Positions 55,934 through 64,000 of a DNA stretch of 64,000 nt are shown here, one piece after another. This DNA comes from Bdellovibrionales bacterium (GTDB lineage Bacteria; Bdellovibrionota; Bdellovibrionia; Bdellovibrionales; UBA1609): NCBI GenBank assembly GCA_965199825.1, contig OZ241329.1, positions 2,710,539 through 2,774,538 on the forward strand. The letters run 5' to 3'. Every line of letters begins with the position of its first letter. Positions within the stretch are counted from its first letter, which is position 1. The translations under genes and the position numbers were made by a program. Under the pieces are notes generated by a model. The model was not told the DNA's origin and ran no database searches. It was given only the letters and a program-made list of their open reading frames with translations.

Positions 55934-57235
55934 ATGCGCGCACTTAAAGTTTCAAGCCTCTTTATCTTGCTCTTAGGCCTCGTCGCCGTTCACGGCGTAT
56001 CAGAACAGCTCGGGGAGCAAGAGCTCGCCTCCAAATCGGAGCCACGACTTCCAATCGATCAAGGCAAGATTGTTCCGTCTAAAGAGGAACCAAAGACAGA
56101 TCTCAATATCTTATTAAAAGATCCTGCGATGAATGAAAAATGGGGCTTACTGATGACCGATACCAAAAAAGCCTGGAATGTTTCAAAAGGAAGCAAAGAC
56201 ATTATCGTTGCGATTATCGATACCGGCGCTGACACAAAACACCCCGATCTAAAAGGTAATCTTTGGATCAATAAGGGTGAAACTGGAATCGACAAGCGCG
56301 GACATAACAAATCAAGCAATGGAATCGATGATGATGGCGATGGCTTTATTGATGACGTCTATGGTTGGAATTTTGTTGATGGCACAAACGATGTTTCAGA
56401 CAACTACGGTCACGGCACTCATATCGCAGGAATTATTGGTGCAAACAATGCTTCCGGAAAAGGAATCAACGGCATTGCACCTCAGGTAAGTTTGATGATC
56501 TTAAAATATTTTGATCCCAAAGCTTATGCTTCGACTTTGACCAATACGGTAAAAGCAATCGACTTTGCTGTTGCCCACGGTGCAAACATTATTAATTATT
56601 CAGCTGGTGGAATTGATCCTAGCCCAATGGAAAAAGCGGCTCTTGAACGCGCAAAAAATAAGGGCATCTTGGTTGTGGCGGCTGCGGGCAACGAGCGCTC
56701 AAATTCAGATATTCATTCTTATTATCCTGCTGACTATGGTCTCTCAAACATTATTTCGGTTACAGCGATTGATAAAACAAAACATGTTTTGCCCTCAAGC
56801 AATTACGGCGTCAAAACGGTTGATCTCGCAGCTCCTGGTAACGAAATCTTTTCGACCGAGCCCGGTGGAAAATATGGTTTTTTAACAGGAACTTCTCAAG
56901 CCACCGCCTTCGTCACAGGAGTTGCGGTTTTGGTTATGGCTAATAACCGAGATCTTAAAGCCAGTGATGTGATCAAACAGTTGACCCAAACCGGCGATGT
57001 GGAAGATCAATTGAGCGGCAAAACCCGCTATCGCCGCCGCTTAAATACCTATCGCGCACTCACCACCATCGATCAAGATGTGGGTGCCACGGGTGTGATC
57101 GCAGAAAATCCCACGGGAATGCGCGGATCTCACTTTACCTTAGAAAAATCAGATGATCAGACATCAGAACCGATCGGACAATTGTCGGAATTGAATCAAG
57201 CCTTACTCAAAAACTTTAAAGGAAAGAGAAACTAA
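55934..57235 (+). CDS. Secreted S8 (subtilisin-family) serine peptidase
   Basis: Catalytic triad motifs IIDTGAD, HGTHIAGI and GTSQATAFVTG. The ATG at 55934 has a GGGAG RBS and gives a signal peptide. Confidence 0.9.
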   Translation: MRALKVSSLFILLLGLVAVHGVSEQLGEQELASKSEPRLPIDQGKIVPSKEEPKTDLNILLKDPAMNEKWGLLMTDTKKAWNVSKGSKDIIVAIIDTGADTKHPDLKGNLWINKGETGIDKRGHNKSSNGIDDDGDGFIDDVYGWNFVDGTNDVSDNYGHGTHIAGIIGANNASGKGINGIAPQVSLMILKYFDPKAYASTLTNTVKAIDFAVAHGANIINYSAGGIDPSPMEKAALERAKNKGILVVAAAGNERSNSDIHSYYPADYGLSNIISVTAIDKTKHVLPSSNYGVKTVDLAAPGNEIFSTEPGGKYGFLTGTSQATAFVTGVAVLVMANNRDLKASDVIKQLTQTGDVEDQLSGKTRYRRRLNTYRALTTIDQDVGATGVIAENPTGMRGSHFTLEKSDDQTSEPIGQLSELNQALLKNFKGKRN

Positions 57236-57277
57236 ATGATTTTTTTAAAGCAGAAGCCAAAAAAATATGTGAATCTT

Positions 57278-58009
57278 TTAGGCTCGATAAAATTGCAGGG
57301 CAATTGACATAAACAAGAACGCACTACCAACGCCAATCATATTTCGAAATTCGGGGCTCACACAGCCCCATATCAAAAGCGAGACACTTAACAAAACCAT
57401 GACTCCACCGAGCGGGCGCAAGAATGGCCGCTTTGGTTTGGACTTCATATGAAAATTCGACGCTTTGTTTTCGAGCAAAGCTTTTGCCGAATCGCGCATT
57501 TTCTTTGCAAGCCGATCCATCGGCTGGGCCTCAATCAAGGCGCTGTAGCGATGAAGAGCATTCGACAAATTATCTTCGCTCTGACACACCCTTAAAAAAG
57601 AAAAATGTCGCTCTTCAGATTCATAGCGATCCAAAACTTTTTTCCAAGCAGCTTCGATCGTCGGTGACGACGGTAAAACATCCTCTTTTTTGGCGCGATA
57701 TTTATCAAAGACGAGTCCACAACTTTTGCAGTCTTTGGCATTGAGGGGTGAGACCTTGTGGCACTTTGGACATTCTTTAGTTTCAACAGATTCGGCAAAA
57801 TCAAGATCAGATTTGAGCCACTCGATCGGAAATCCCACCACTTCGCTTTGCTTGAGACAATCTGGAAACGCCAACCAAAACTGGCTATGACAGTTGACAC
57901 ATTCAAAACGCGGCTTGCTTTCGCGAACTTCTTTGGGATTGATCGAGTACATTCGCTGGCATTGCGGACAACGTGCACGAACGTATTCAACTTGTTTGAA
58001 ATTTTCCAA
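57278..58009 (-). CDS. Zinc-ribbon (MJ0042-type) membrane protein, hypothetical
   Basis: CPQC...CVNC and CPKC...CKSC pairs, plus C-terminal TM helices. Confidence 0.55.
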   Translation of the reverse strand: MENFKQVEYVRARCPQCQRMYSINPKEVRESKPRFECVNCHSQFWLAFPDCLKQSEVVGFPIEWLKSDLDFAESVETKECPKCHKVSPLNAKDCKSCGLVFDKYRAKKEDVLPSSPTIEAAWKKVLDRYESEERHFSFLRVCQSEDNLSNALHRYSALIEAQPMDRLAKKMRDSAKALLENKASNFHMKSKPKRPFLRPLGGVMVLLSVSLLIWGCVSPEFRNMIGVGSAFLFMSIALQFYRA

Positions 58010-58045
58010 TGACGGCTCCCCAAACCTGCGTGCTAATCTTCGTCC

Positions 58046-59581
58046 ATGAAAAATGCACTGCCGCTCTCAATTCTATCAGGAATCTTGCTCGGAACAAGTT
58101 ATATTCCCTTTCCACCGTGGGCGATTTTTTTTGGATACGTTCCCATGTGGATGGCGTTTCTCGCTGCACCAACATATCGCCAGATTTGGTGGTCTGGGTG
58201 GCGTGCGCAATTTGTCGGAACACTGATCGGTTTTCATTGGGTCGCATTTACGGTTCATGAATTTGGACATTTGCCGTGGGCCTTTGGGATTTTTTGTTTG
58301 ATCGCATTTTCGGCTCTTGCGAATTTGCATATGCCGCTCTCAGGCTTGGCGTGGAAGTGGTGTTCACAAAAATTAAATATTCCATTGGGTCGAAGTTTAT
58401 TTTTACTTCCTGCCTTTATGTGTTTGGGGGAGTGGCTTTCTCCCATGATCTTTGATTGGAATTTTGGCTACACCTGGCTTTATGGTCAATTTCCGGCAAT
58501 GAATTTTGCCGATGTGATTGGTGCAAATGGCCTTTCGCACGTGACTATTTTTGTGAATCTGTTTTTTCTTTTTGTGATTTTAAATGCCTGGACATTGCCA
58601 AAAAAATTAGCTGCTTGTGGTTTGAGTGTTTTGATTTTCGGCGTGGTCAATTTACTTGGATATTATTGGGGTCAGCGCATCCCGGCTGAGGACAGCACAC
58701 TTTCGGTGGGAATTGTTCAGGCCAATATCGGCAATCTCGAAAAACAATATGCCGAGCACGGTGATCAATTTCGAAGTCACATCCTGCAAGAGCATTTTGA
58801 ATTGGCAAGAACCCTAAAAGGTGTGGATCTGATGGTGTGGCCCGAGACCGCATTTCCAGACACTTTAAAAGTGGGGCACTGGCAAAATAATAATGGCCAT
58901 CAGTTGACCTTATTGTCGCAAGAGTTGGGAGTGACGATTGCAACCGGTGGATATGGAATTGAACCCGATGGAAGACCCAGCAATTCTTTTTTTGTGATTG
59001 CCAATGGCGATGTGGTGAAGCCCTCTTATCCAAAAACAATTCTTCTCGCATTTGGAGAATATTTTCCATTTGGCGAAACATTGCCTTTTTTAAAAACATG
59101 GTTTCCCGAGGTGGGAGATTTTGCGCGCGGCCCAGGGCCAACCGTAATTGTGGCTCCAGTAAAAGACAAAGCCATCAAACTCGGCGCCCAAATTTGTTAT
59201 GAAGGATTATTTGATCGCTTTAGTGTGGGGCTTGCCAAAAAAGGCGCCCAAATTTTGGTGAATTTGACCAACGACTCTTGGTTTGGCGAAAGGACCGAGC
59301 CTTTTCAGCACCTTTACATGACACTTTCGCGTGCGATCGAAACCCGCAGGCCCCTCATCCGATCAACCAATACTGGAATCAGCACGGTGATCACCGCTCG
59401 CGGAAAAATTCTTGAGCTCTCGCCGATTCATCAAAAGTGGGCTCATCGATTTGAGGTTCCATTCTTTTCTGAACCGATGGTGACAGCGTTTACGAGTGTC
59501 GGGTATATTCTTGAACCCTTAGTGTTGGTGCTGTTTATTATGTGCATTTTATTTATTAGCTATAGAGAAAGAAAACCGTGA
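58046..59581 (+). CDS. lnt: Apolipoprotein N-acyltransferase Lnt
   Basis: N-terminal polytopic membrane part plus a CN-hydrolase domain with WPE and the catalytic Cys in AQICYEGLF. Confidence 0.9.
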   Translation: MKNALPLSILSGILLGTSYIPFPPWAIFFGYVPMWMAFLAAPTYRQIWWSGWRAQFVGTLIGFHWVAFTVHEFGHLPWAFGIFCLIAFSALANLHMPLSGLAWKWCSQKLNIPLGRSLFLLPAFMCLGEWLSPMIFDWNFGYTWLYGQFPAMNFADVIGANGLSHVTIFVNLFFLFVILNAWTLPKKLAACGLSVLIFGVVNLLGYYWGQRIPAEDSTLSVGIVQANIGNLEKQYAEHGDQFRSHILQEHFELARTLKGVDLMVWPETAFPDTLKVGHWQNNNGHQLTLLSQELGVTIATGGYGIEPDGRPSNSFFVIANGDVVKPSYPKTILLAFGEYFPFGETLPFLKTWFPEVGDFARGPGPTVIVAPVKDKAIKLGAQICYEGLFDRFSVGLAKKGAQILVNLTNDSWFGERTEPFQHLYMTLSRAIETRRPLIRSTNTGISTVITARGKILELSPIHQKWAHRFEVPFFSEPMVTAFTSVGYILEPLVLVLFIMCILFISYRERKP

Positions 59582-61902
59582 GTAGTTGGCAAAATTTAGA
59601 TTGGGAAAGTGTTCTCCAAAAACTCGAAAGCTATGCCACCTCGAGTGCGGTTCGTGAGCGTTTAGGAAAAACCGAAGCATTAAAATCGATTGATGAGGCG
59701 GCAGAGTCTTTTGCCCAAATTGCCGAAGCTCAGTCCGTGTTGATCATGGGCCGCAGGGCCTATATGGAAAGTCTTGATCTTTTTAAAATTTGGGCCAAAC
59801 GGATCGAGCGCCAAGGAGTCTTAAAACCTCTCGAACTCAAAGACGTGCGGCATTTTTGTTTAGAAGCCCTTGCATTGTCGGAGCTCTTGTCTGAATTCTC
59901 ATCTCCCTGGATCATGTCGATCAAAGATCAAATGATGGATGCCTCTGAACCTCTTTCGGCGATCGAGCAACTCTTGACTCCCTCAGGAGAAATTCGCAAC
60001 GACGCGAGCCAAAAACTTTATGAACTTGATAAAGAACGCATCCAGCAATCGCGTCACATTCAAACAACTTTGGATAAATTGGTTCACGCTCAAGATCTAG
60101 AAAATATCTTACAAGAAAAATATGTCACCAACCGTGAAGGACGCTGGGTCCTACCGGTTCGATCAGGAATGCAGCATTTTTTTGATGGCATCATTCATGC
60201 CTCCTCACACACTAAACAAACTGTGTATATGGAGCCCAAAGAAATTATACCGACCAACAATCGCCTGCGCCAAATCGAGGTCGAAATTGAAGATGAAATC
60301 GAGCGACTGCTCACCGAATTGAGCAAATATTTATTTTCACTCAGCCATCAATTTTCAATGACTAGAGACGCTCTCGAAAAATGTGATCTGCGATTTGCCC
60401 AAGCCCAGTTGGCGACCAATCTCAACGGCACCGTTCCAGAATTTTCAAACGATTCTTTGGAGCTGATTAGCGTGCGTCACCCTTTATTGGTGCTTCAAGG
60501 AAGAGATGTGGTGGCCAATGATGTTTCGCTCGATCACGAGCGGAGGCTTTTACTTTTATCAGGCCCTAATGCTGGTGGAAAAACGGTGTTGCTCAAAGCG
60601 GTGGGCTTGGCCGCCCAAATGGCGCGATGTGGACTGCCCATTGCGGCGGCAACCGGATCGCGACTGCCCTTTTTTAAAGGGCTTGTGGTCTCAGTGGGTG
60701 ATTCACAAAGTGTGGATGCCGAGATGAGCACCTTTGCGGCCCATCTTAAAAAATTAAATGACTGCACCTTGCTCGAAGGAAGCTCTTCGCTCATTTTGAT
60801 TGATGAGATCTGTGGCTCGACCGATCCCGAAGAAGGCACCGCGTTGGCCAGAAGTTTTATCGAATCCTACGCTCAACAAAAAGTGTTTGGTGTGATCACC
60901 TCACATTTAGGCCCACTAAAATTAGGATGGACCACAGACAGTGGCGTGATCAATGGAAGTCTTGAATACAATGCAGAAACAGGTCGGCCCACATATCGTT
61001 TTTTGATGGGCATCCCTGGCCAATCCTTGGCGATCCAAACAGCAAAGCGCGTGGGTGTGTCGCAAGCAATTGTTGATAAAGCATTTTCAAATCTGTCTCC
61101 TGATTTAAAACGCTACTTAAAAAGTCTTGAGCAAGTCGAAGCAATGAAGGCCGATATCTTGGCGTTGACCGATCAACTTCATAAACAAACATCAGAGGCC
61201 CGCACCCAAAAACAAAAGTATGAAAGCCTGGTTCAGCGGTTTAATCAAAAACAAGAACAAATTCTTGCTCGCACCTTGAAACAGGCTGAGCGCAAGGTCG
61301 AAACCCTAATTGATCACGCAAAAGTCAGTGACGCTTTTAAGCGGCACGAAACCTTGGAAAAGATGCGCTCGCAATTGCCCGAGATTGTGAAAGCAAAACC
61401 CACCACCCCCCAACTCCAAACTCTCTCAAGTGCGAGCGAATTCGCAAAGGCATACCCGCCGGGTACAAAAGTTTTTGTGCCTTCCATCGGTCGCGATGCG
61501 GTGATTCAGGGGCAGCCCAACGCCAAAGGCGAAGTTCCGATATTATCAAATTCAATGCGACTGGTTCTTGACTGGCAAGCCTTGAAACCACCCGAACAGG
61601 GCGGCAATCCCACTGTCGAATTGCTACGAAAGACCTCGCACTATGCGGCCTCGCCCCATGATAGTGACCGGGTGATTGATTTACGCGGGCACTCCACAGA
61701 GGAGGCCTTGAGTCAGCTCGAAATCGCTCTCGATACCGCAGCCGCTTGCGGCGAGGAACGGGTCAAGGTCATCCATGGTCACGGCACCGAGGTATTAAAA
61801 AAAACGGTACGCAATTATCTCTCACGCTCGGTCTACGTTAAAAAATGGCAAGCCGGCTCAAAAGAAAACGGCGGCGATGGGATCACTTGGATTGAGCTTT
61901 AA
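59578..61902 (+). CDS. mutS2: Endonuclease MutS2 (MutS domain V plus a C-terminal Smr domain)
   Basis: Walker A GPNAGGKTVLLK, DEICGSTDPEEG, and an Smr domain (IDLRGHSTEEAL...VIHGHGTEVLKKTVRNYL). The GTG start overlaps the lnt stop. Confidence 0.9.
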   Translation: MSSWQNLDWESVLQKLESYATSSAVRERLGKTEALKSIDEAAESFAQIAEAQSVLIMGRRAYMESLDLFKIWAKRIERQGVLKPLELKDVRHFCLEALALSELLSEFSSPWIMSIKDQMMDASEPLSAIEQLLTPSGEIRNDASQKLYELDKERIQQSRHIQTTLDKLVHAQDLENILQEKYVTNREGRWVLPVRSGMQHFFDGIIHASSHTKQTVYMEPKEIIPTNNRLRQIEVEIEDEIERLLTELSKYLFSLSHQFSMTRDALEKCDLRFAQAQLATNLNGTVPEFSNDSLELISVRHPLLVLQGRDVVANDVSLDHERRLLLLSGPNAGGKTVLLKAVGLAAQMARCGLPIAAATGSRLPFFKGLVVSVGDSQSVDAEMSTFAAHLKKLNDCTLLEGSSSLILIDEICGSTDPEEGTALARSFIESYAQQKVFGVITSHLGPLKLGWTTDSGVINGSLEYNAETGRPTYRFLMGIPGQSLAIQTAKRVGVSQAIVDKAFSNLSPDLKRYLKSLEQVEAMKADILALTDQLHKQTSEARTQKQKYESLVQRFNQKQEQILARTLKQAERKVETLIDHAKVSDAFKRHETLEKMRSQLPEIVKAKPTTPQLQTLSSASEFAKAYPPGTKVFVPSIGRDAVIQGQPNAKGEVPILSNSMRLVLDWQALKPPEQGGNPTVELLRKTSHYAASPHDSDRVIDLRGHSTEEALSQLEIALDTAAACGEERVKVIHGHGTEVLKKTVRNYLSRSVYVKKWQAGSKENGGDGITWIEL

Positions 61903-61974
61903 GCTTTTGTTGTCTTGGTTGGAGGGATTGAAGTGGCTGGGTGTTGAGATAAATTTTGTTTATCTTGGTCGTTG

Positions 61975-62227
61975 TGGTGCCCGGCAGGTGGTTTAAATAT
62001 TTTATTTGCGCGTAGCCTATCGTGCCCGCCCTTGGCGCTCGTGGTTGAGACAATTTTTTTTGTCGTGCCCGTCTTTCTTTGGGAAAATGTTTATCGGGCG
62101 AGGCGAATCGTGCTTTTTTCCATTCACGTTTTGGCTGACAAGGTCGTGCCCGCTTTTTTTAAGATGGACCAATTATAGAGTTGAGTGTGTAAATATATTC
62201 TGTTTTTATCAATAGTTGTCGTGCCCG
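61975..62227 (+). repeat. Array of five to six copies of the motif (TT)GTCGTGCCCG(C)
   Basis: Copies at about 61975 (TGGTGCCCG), 62020, 62062, 62143 and 62218, plus a degenerate TCGTGC at 62107. Spacing is roughly 36-81 bp. An inverted copy, GCGGGCACGACAAAA, sits at 63065-63079 inside the HNH gene. Confidence 0.8.
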
Positions 62228-62461
62228 CAGACTTACAATTGTGGCGAATACCAAAATTTTATTTGACAACATTTTTTGCCCACTTGATTGACCACTGATC
62301 CGTTTGAGATATCAAAAACATTTTTTCTCTTGCGATCAAGATTTTCGATGGCCCATAAGCCAATAAACGCTTCATAAATCAGCAACCACAAGCTCACCCT
62401 AACCGTGCTCAAATCCCAATTTCCAAAACCCATGTTAAACTCTCCTAAACAGGAGATATTT

Positions 62462-63277
62462 ATGGATCATTTAAAAATTCATACACAGGCCATCAAGGCG
62501 GTTAACCAACATCGCAAATCTGAAATGGAATTGCTTAGTGCTCTAGAAATTGTCTGGAAAAATAAAACCTATTATCAATTTGGCTGTCATTCGCTATTTG
62601 AATATTCGGTAAAGCAACTCAAGCTCTCCGAAGAGATGGCCAGCATCGTCAACAAAATTGCCAAAAAATTTACCGAACTTCCTGAATTAAAATTGGGAAT
62701 GGAGTCAGGCAAACTTTCCCTTTCAAAAGTAAACCGTATCACTGGGGTTGTGAATAAAGAAAACCTCAGTCATTGGATGGATCTTGCCAAAGGCACAAAA
62801 CGCAATCTTGAAAAAGAGATCGCAAGAATTCAGCCTGAAAAAGCAATTCCAGAGGAAGCACGATATCAAAAAGCTGGCGACACGCTGAGAGTTCAAATCT
62901 CATTTTCTGTGACGCATGAAGAGTATGCAGAGTTTGAGCGAGCACGAGATTTACTCAGTCAAAAATCAAAACGTCCTGCTACAATCGGCGAAGTTCAAGT
63001 TGCGGCCATCGCGGAGCTCAACCAAAAACTAGATCCACTTAAAAAGCCTATCCGTCAAGAGACAGCGGGCACGACAAAATTGACCATGACACTGAAAAGG
63101 AAAGTGCATCATGCACACAACAGCCAATGCACGCATGTGGATCAAAATGGCGAGCGCTGCACCCAACGTCGCCATCTCGATATTCATCATATTATTCCTA
63201 AAGCAAATGGTGGCACCGACGATGAATCAAATCTGACAATTCTGTGCTCGGGACATCATCGTGCCCATCATTGCTAA
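62462..63277 (+). CDS. HNH endonuclease with a DUF222-like N-terminal region
   Basis: C-terminal HNH motif HLDIHHIIPKANGGTDDESNLTILCSGHHRAHH. The ATG at 62462 is preceded by AGGAG. The ORF-track start at 62405 is less likely. Confidence 0.8.
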   Translation: MDHLKIHTQAIKAVNQHRKSEMELLSALEIVWKNKTYYQFGCHSLFEYSVKQLKLSEEMASIVNKIAKKFTELPELKLGMESGKLSLSKVNRITGVVNKENLSHWMDLAKGTKRNLEKEIARIQPEKAIPEEARYQKAGDTLRVQISFSVTHEEYAEFERARDLLSQKSKRPATIGEVQVAAIAELNQKLDPLKKPIRQETAGTTKLTMTLKRKVHHAHNSQCTHVDQNGERCTQRRHLDIHHIIPKANGGTDDESNLTILCSGHHRAHHC

Positions 63278-63550
63278 AAAAATATGAATGTGCCCAAAGT
63301 TCGTTTGTTCACCACCGGTGGCTTTCTTCTGTCGGCAGACTTACTAAATGGCTACCGCCCCCCCACCCCGCGAAACCTCGCCTCTTTGCGCCTAACACTG
63401 TCTCAAAGTTAAACAACCTAAACCTCAACAATTCTAGCCACTTAAAACAGCGACTCAAGATTCAACAAGGCCTGTAGTCAAACAGCTTCCAATGAACCTC
63501 AGTCAAATCAAACACTTAGAGCGGGCGTAAACATTGAAATAGAACCCTGT

Positions 63551-64000
63551 ATGTATCGAGGTCTATTGTGCGCAATTATTTTGGCTTTGCCGTTGGTGTC
63601 TTGCGACCGCAAGATTACCCCTGAAGACGCGCATAATTTCGTCCAAAACAGCGATCTTCAGCGGGTCTCTTGGCAGGGGCAAGTGCCGATACTGCTTTAT
63701 GTTCATCACAGTGTAGATGCCAAGTATTACGCTCCAATCCAAAGAGCGGTCGATCAGTGGAACAAAAGTTTTGGTCGCGATCTTCTTAAAATTCAAGGCT
63801 GGGGCACCACAGGTTACGACACTCCCGGAAAAGACAATGTGTCGCTTATTTACTGGAATACCGAATGGGATGCCGACAAGCCTACCGAACAAGCCCGCAC
63901 CACAATCTATTGGTCAGGCAATCGGATCTATGAAGCCGACATGAGGCTGAACGCCCACAATTTTAATTTTTATTCAGGTGAAGATCCAAACACCGTTGAA
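63551..64000 (+). CDS. Lipoprotein, possibly a matrixin-like metalloprotease; the 3' end lies outside the window
   Basis: The frame is open from the ATG at 63551 to the window end (150 codons, checked by hand) with lipobox LPLVSC. It is absent from the ORF track, presumably because no stop lies in the window. The family call is only a resemblance; the HExxH region is not in the window. Confidence 0.65.
   Translation, partial: MYRGLLCAIILALPLVSCDRKITPEDAHNFVQNSDLQRVSWQGQVPILLYVHHSVDAKYYAPIQRAVDQWNKSFGRDLLKIQGWGTTGYDTPGKDNVSLIYWNTEWDADKPTEQARTTIYWSGNRIYEADMRLNAHNFNFYSGEDPNTVE

Noticed and set aside
61975-62227. Possible CRISPR-like or HEARO/omega-RNA-type element upstream of the HNH gene
   Set aside because: The repeats are only 9-15 nt with irregular 36-81 bp spacing. 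The HNH protein is about 270 aa with a DUF222-like N-terminus and no RuvC segments, so it is not IscB/Cas9-like. I saw no extended conserved stem structure.
61972-62433. ORF-track entries 61972..62178(+), 62006..62215(+) and 62233..62433(-) in the mutS2-HNH spacer
   Set aside because: The repeated motif falls in different phases of these frames. They have non-ATG starts, no RBS and low-complexity hydrophobic translations. I treated them as non-coding.
63563-63892. Minus-strand ORF 63563..63892 (109 aa)
   Set aside because: The plus strand carries an open frame from an ATG at 63551 to the window edge, with a canonical lipoprotein signal (LPLVSC). The minus-strand ORF is its shadow.

Overview
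This is a 64-kb chromosomal segment from a Gram-negative bacterium, densely coding on both strands. The gene content includes a type IV pilin, many exported lipoproteins and proteases, DUF4105, sigma-54 machinery, RND efflux and LigD. That mix suggests a Bdellovibrio-like or Oligoflexia-type organism, but this taxonomic guess has low confidence. Most of the window is core genome: a kefB/C-type antiporter (partial), an ABC-F ATPase, tRNA-His, a TonB-dependent receptor, a tetR-RND-MFP-TolC efflux operon, dnaJ-dnaK, clpS-clpA-htpX, lnt, mutS2, a lytic transglycosylase and an S8 protease. I found no CRISPR array, rRNA, prophage or recognisable named defence system. Five regions deserve a second look. 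(1) A 700-bp non-coding pocket lies next to a solitary HUH/Y1 (RAYT/IS200-like) transposase gene. It holds four copies of a conserved box at about 107-131 bp spacing, followed by a 260-nt A/C-rich tract of telomere-like C5 runs. (2) A roughly 1.1-kb HNH (DUF222-type) endonuclease cassette follows mutS2. It is preceded by an array of a (TT)GTCGTGCCCG(C) motif, carries an inverted copy inside its own coding sequence, and is bracketed by imperfect direct repeats. (3) A stress-gene island spans about 19-27.6 kb (OmpA-like, CsbD-like, Dps, hemerythrin, DUF883/YqjD-like, YihY, DUF6496-like). Four units there carry GG-N10-GC sigma-54-type promoters around an orphan NtrC-type enhancer-binding protein. 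(4) A putative DNA-repair radical-SAM gene is paired with a TIGR03915-UDG fusion gene. (5) An orphan ParA-like ATPase has an overlapping small partner ORF. All coordinates for motifs, small ORFs and promoters come from reading the sequence by eye. Product calls come from recognisable sequence motifs, not database searches.
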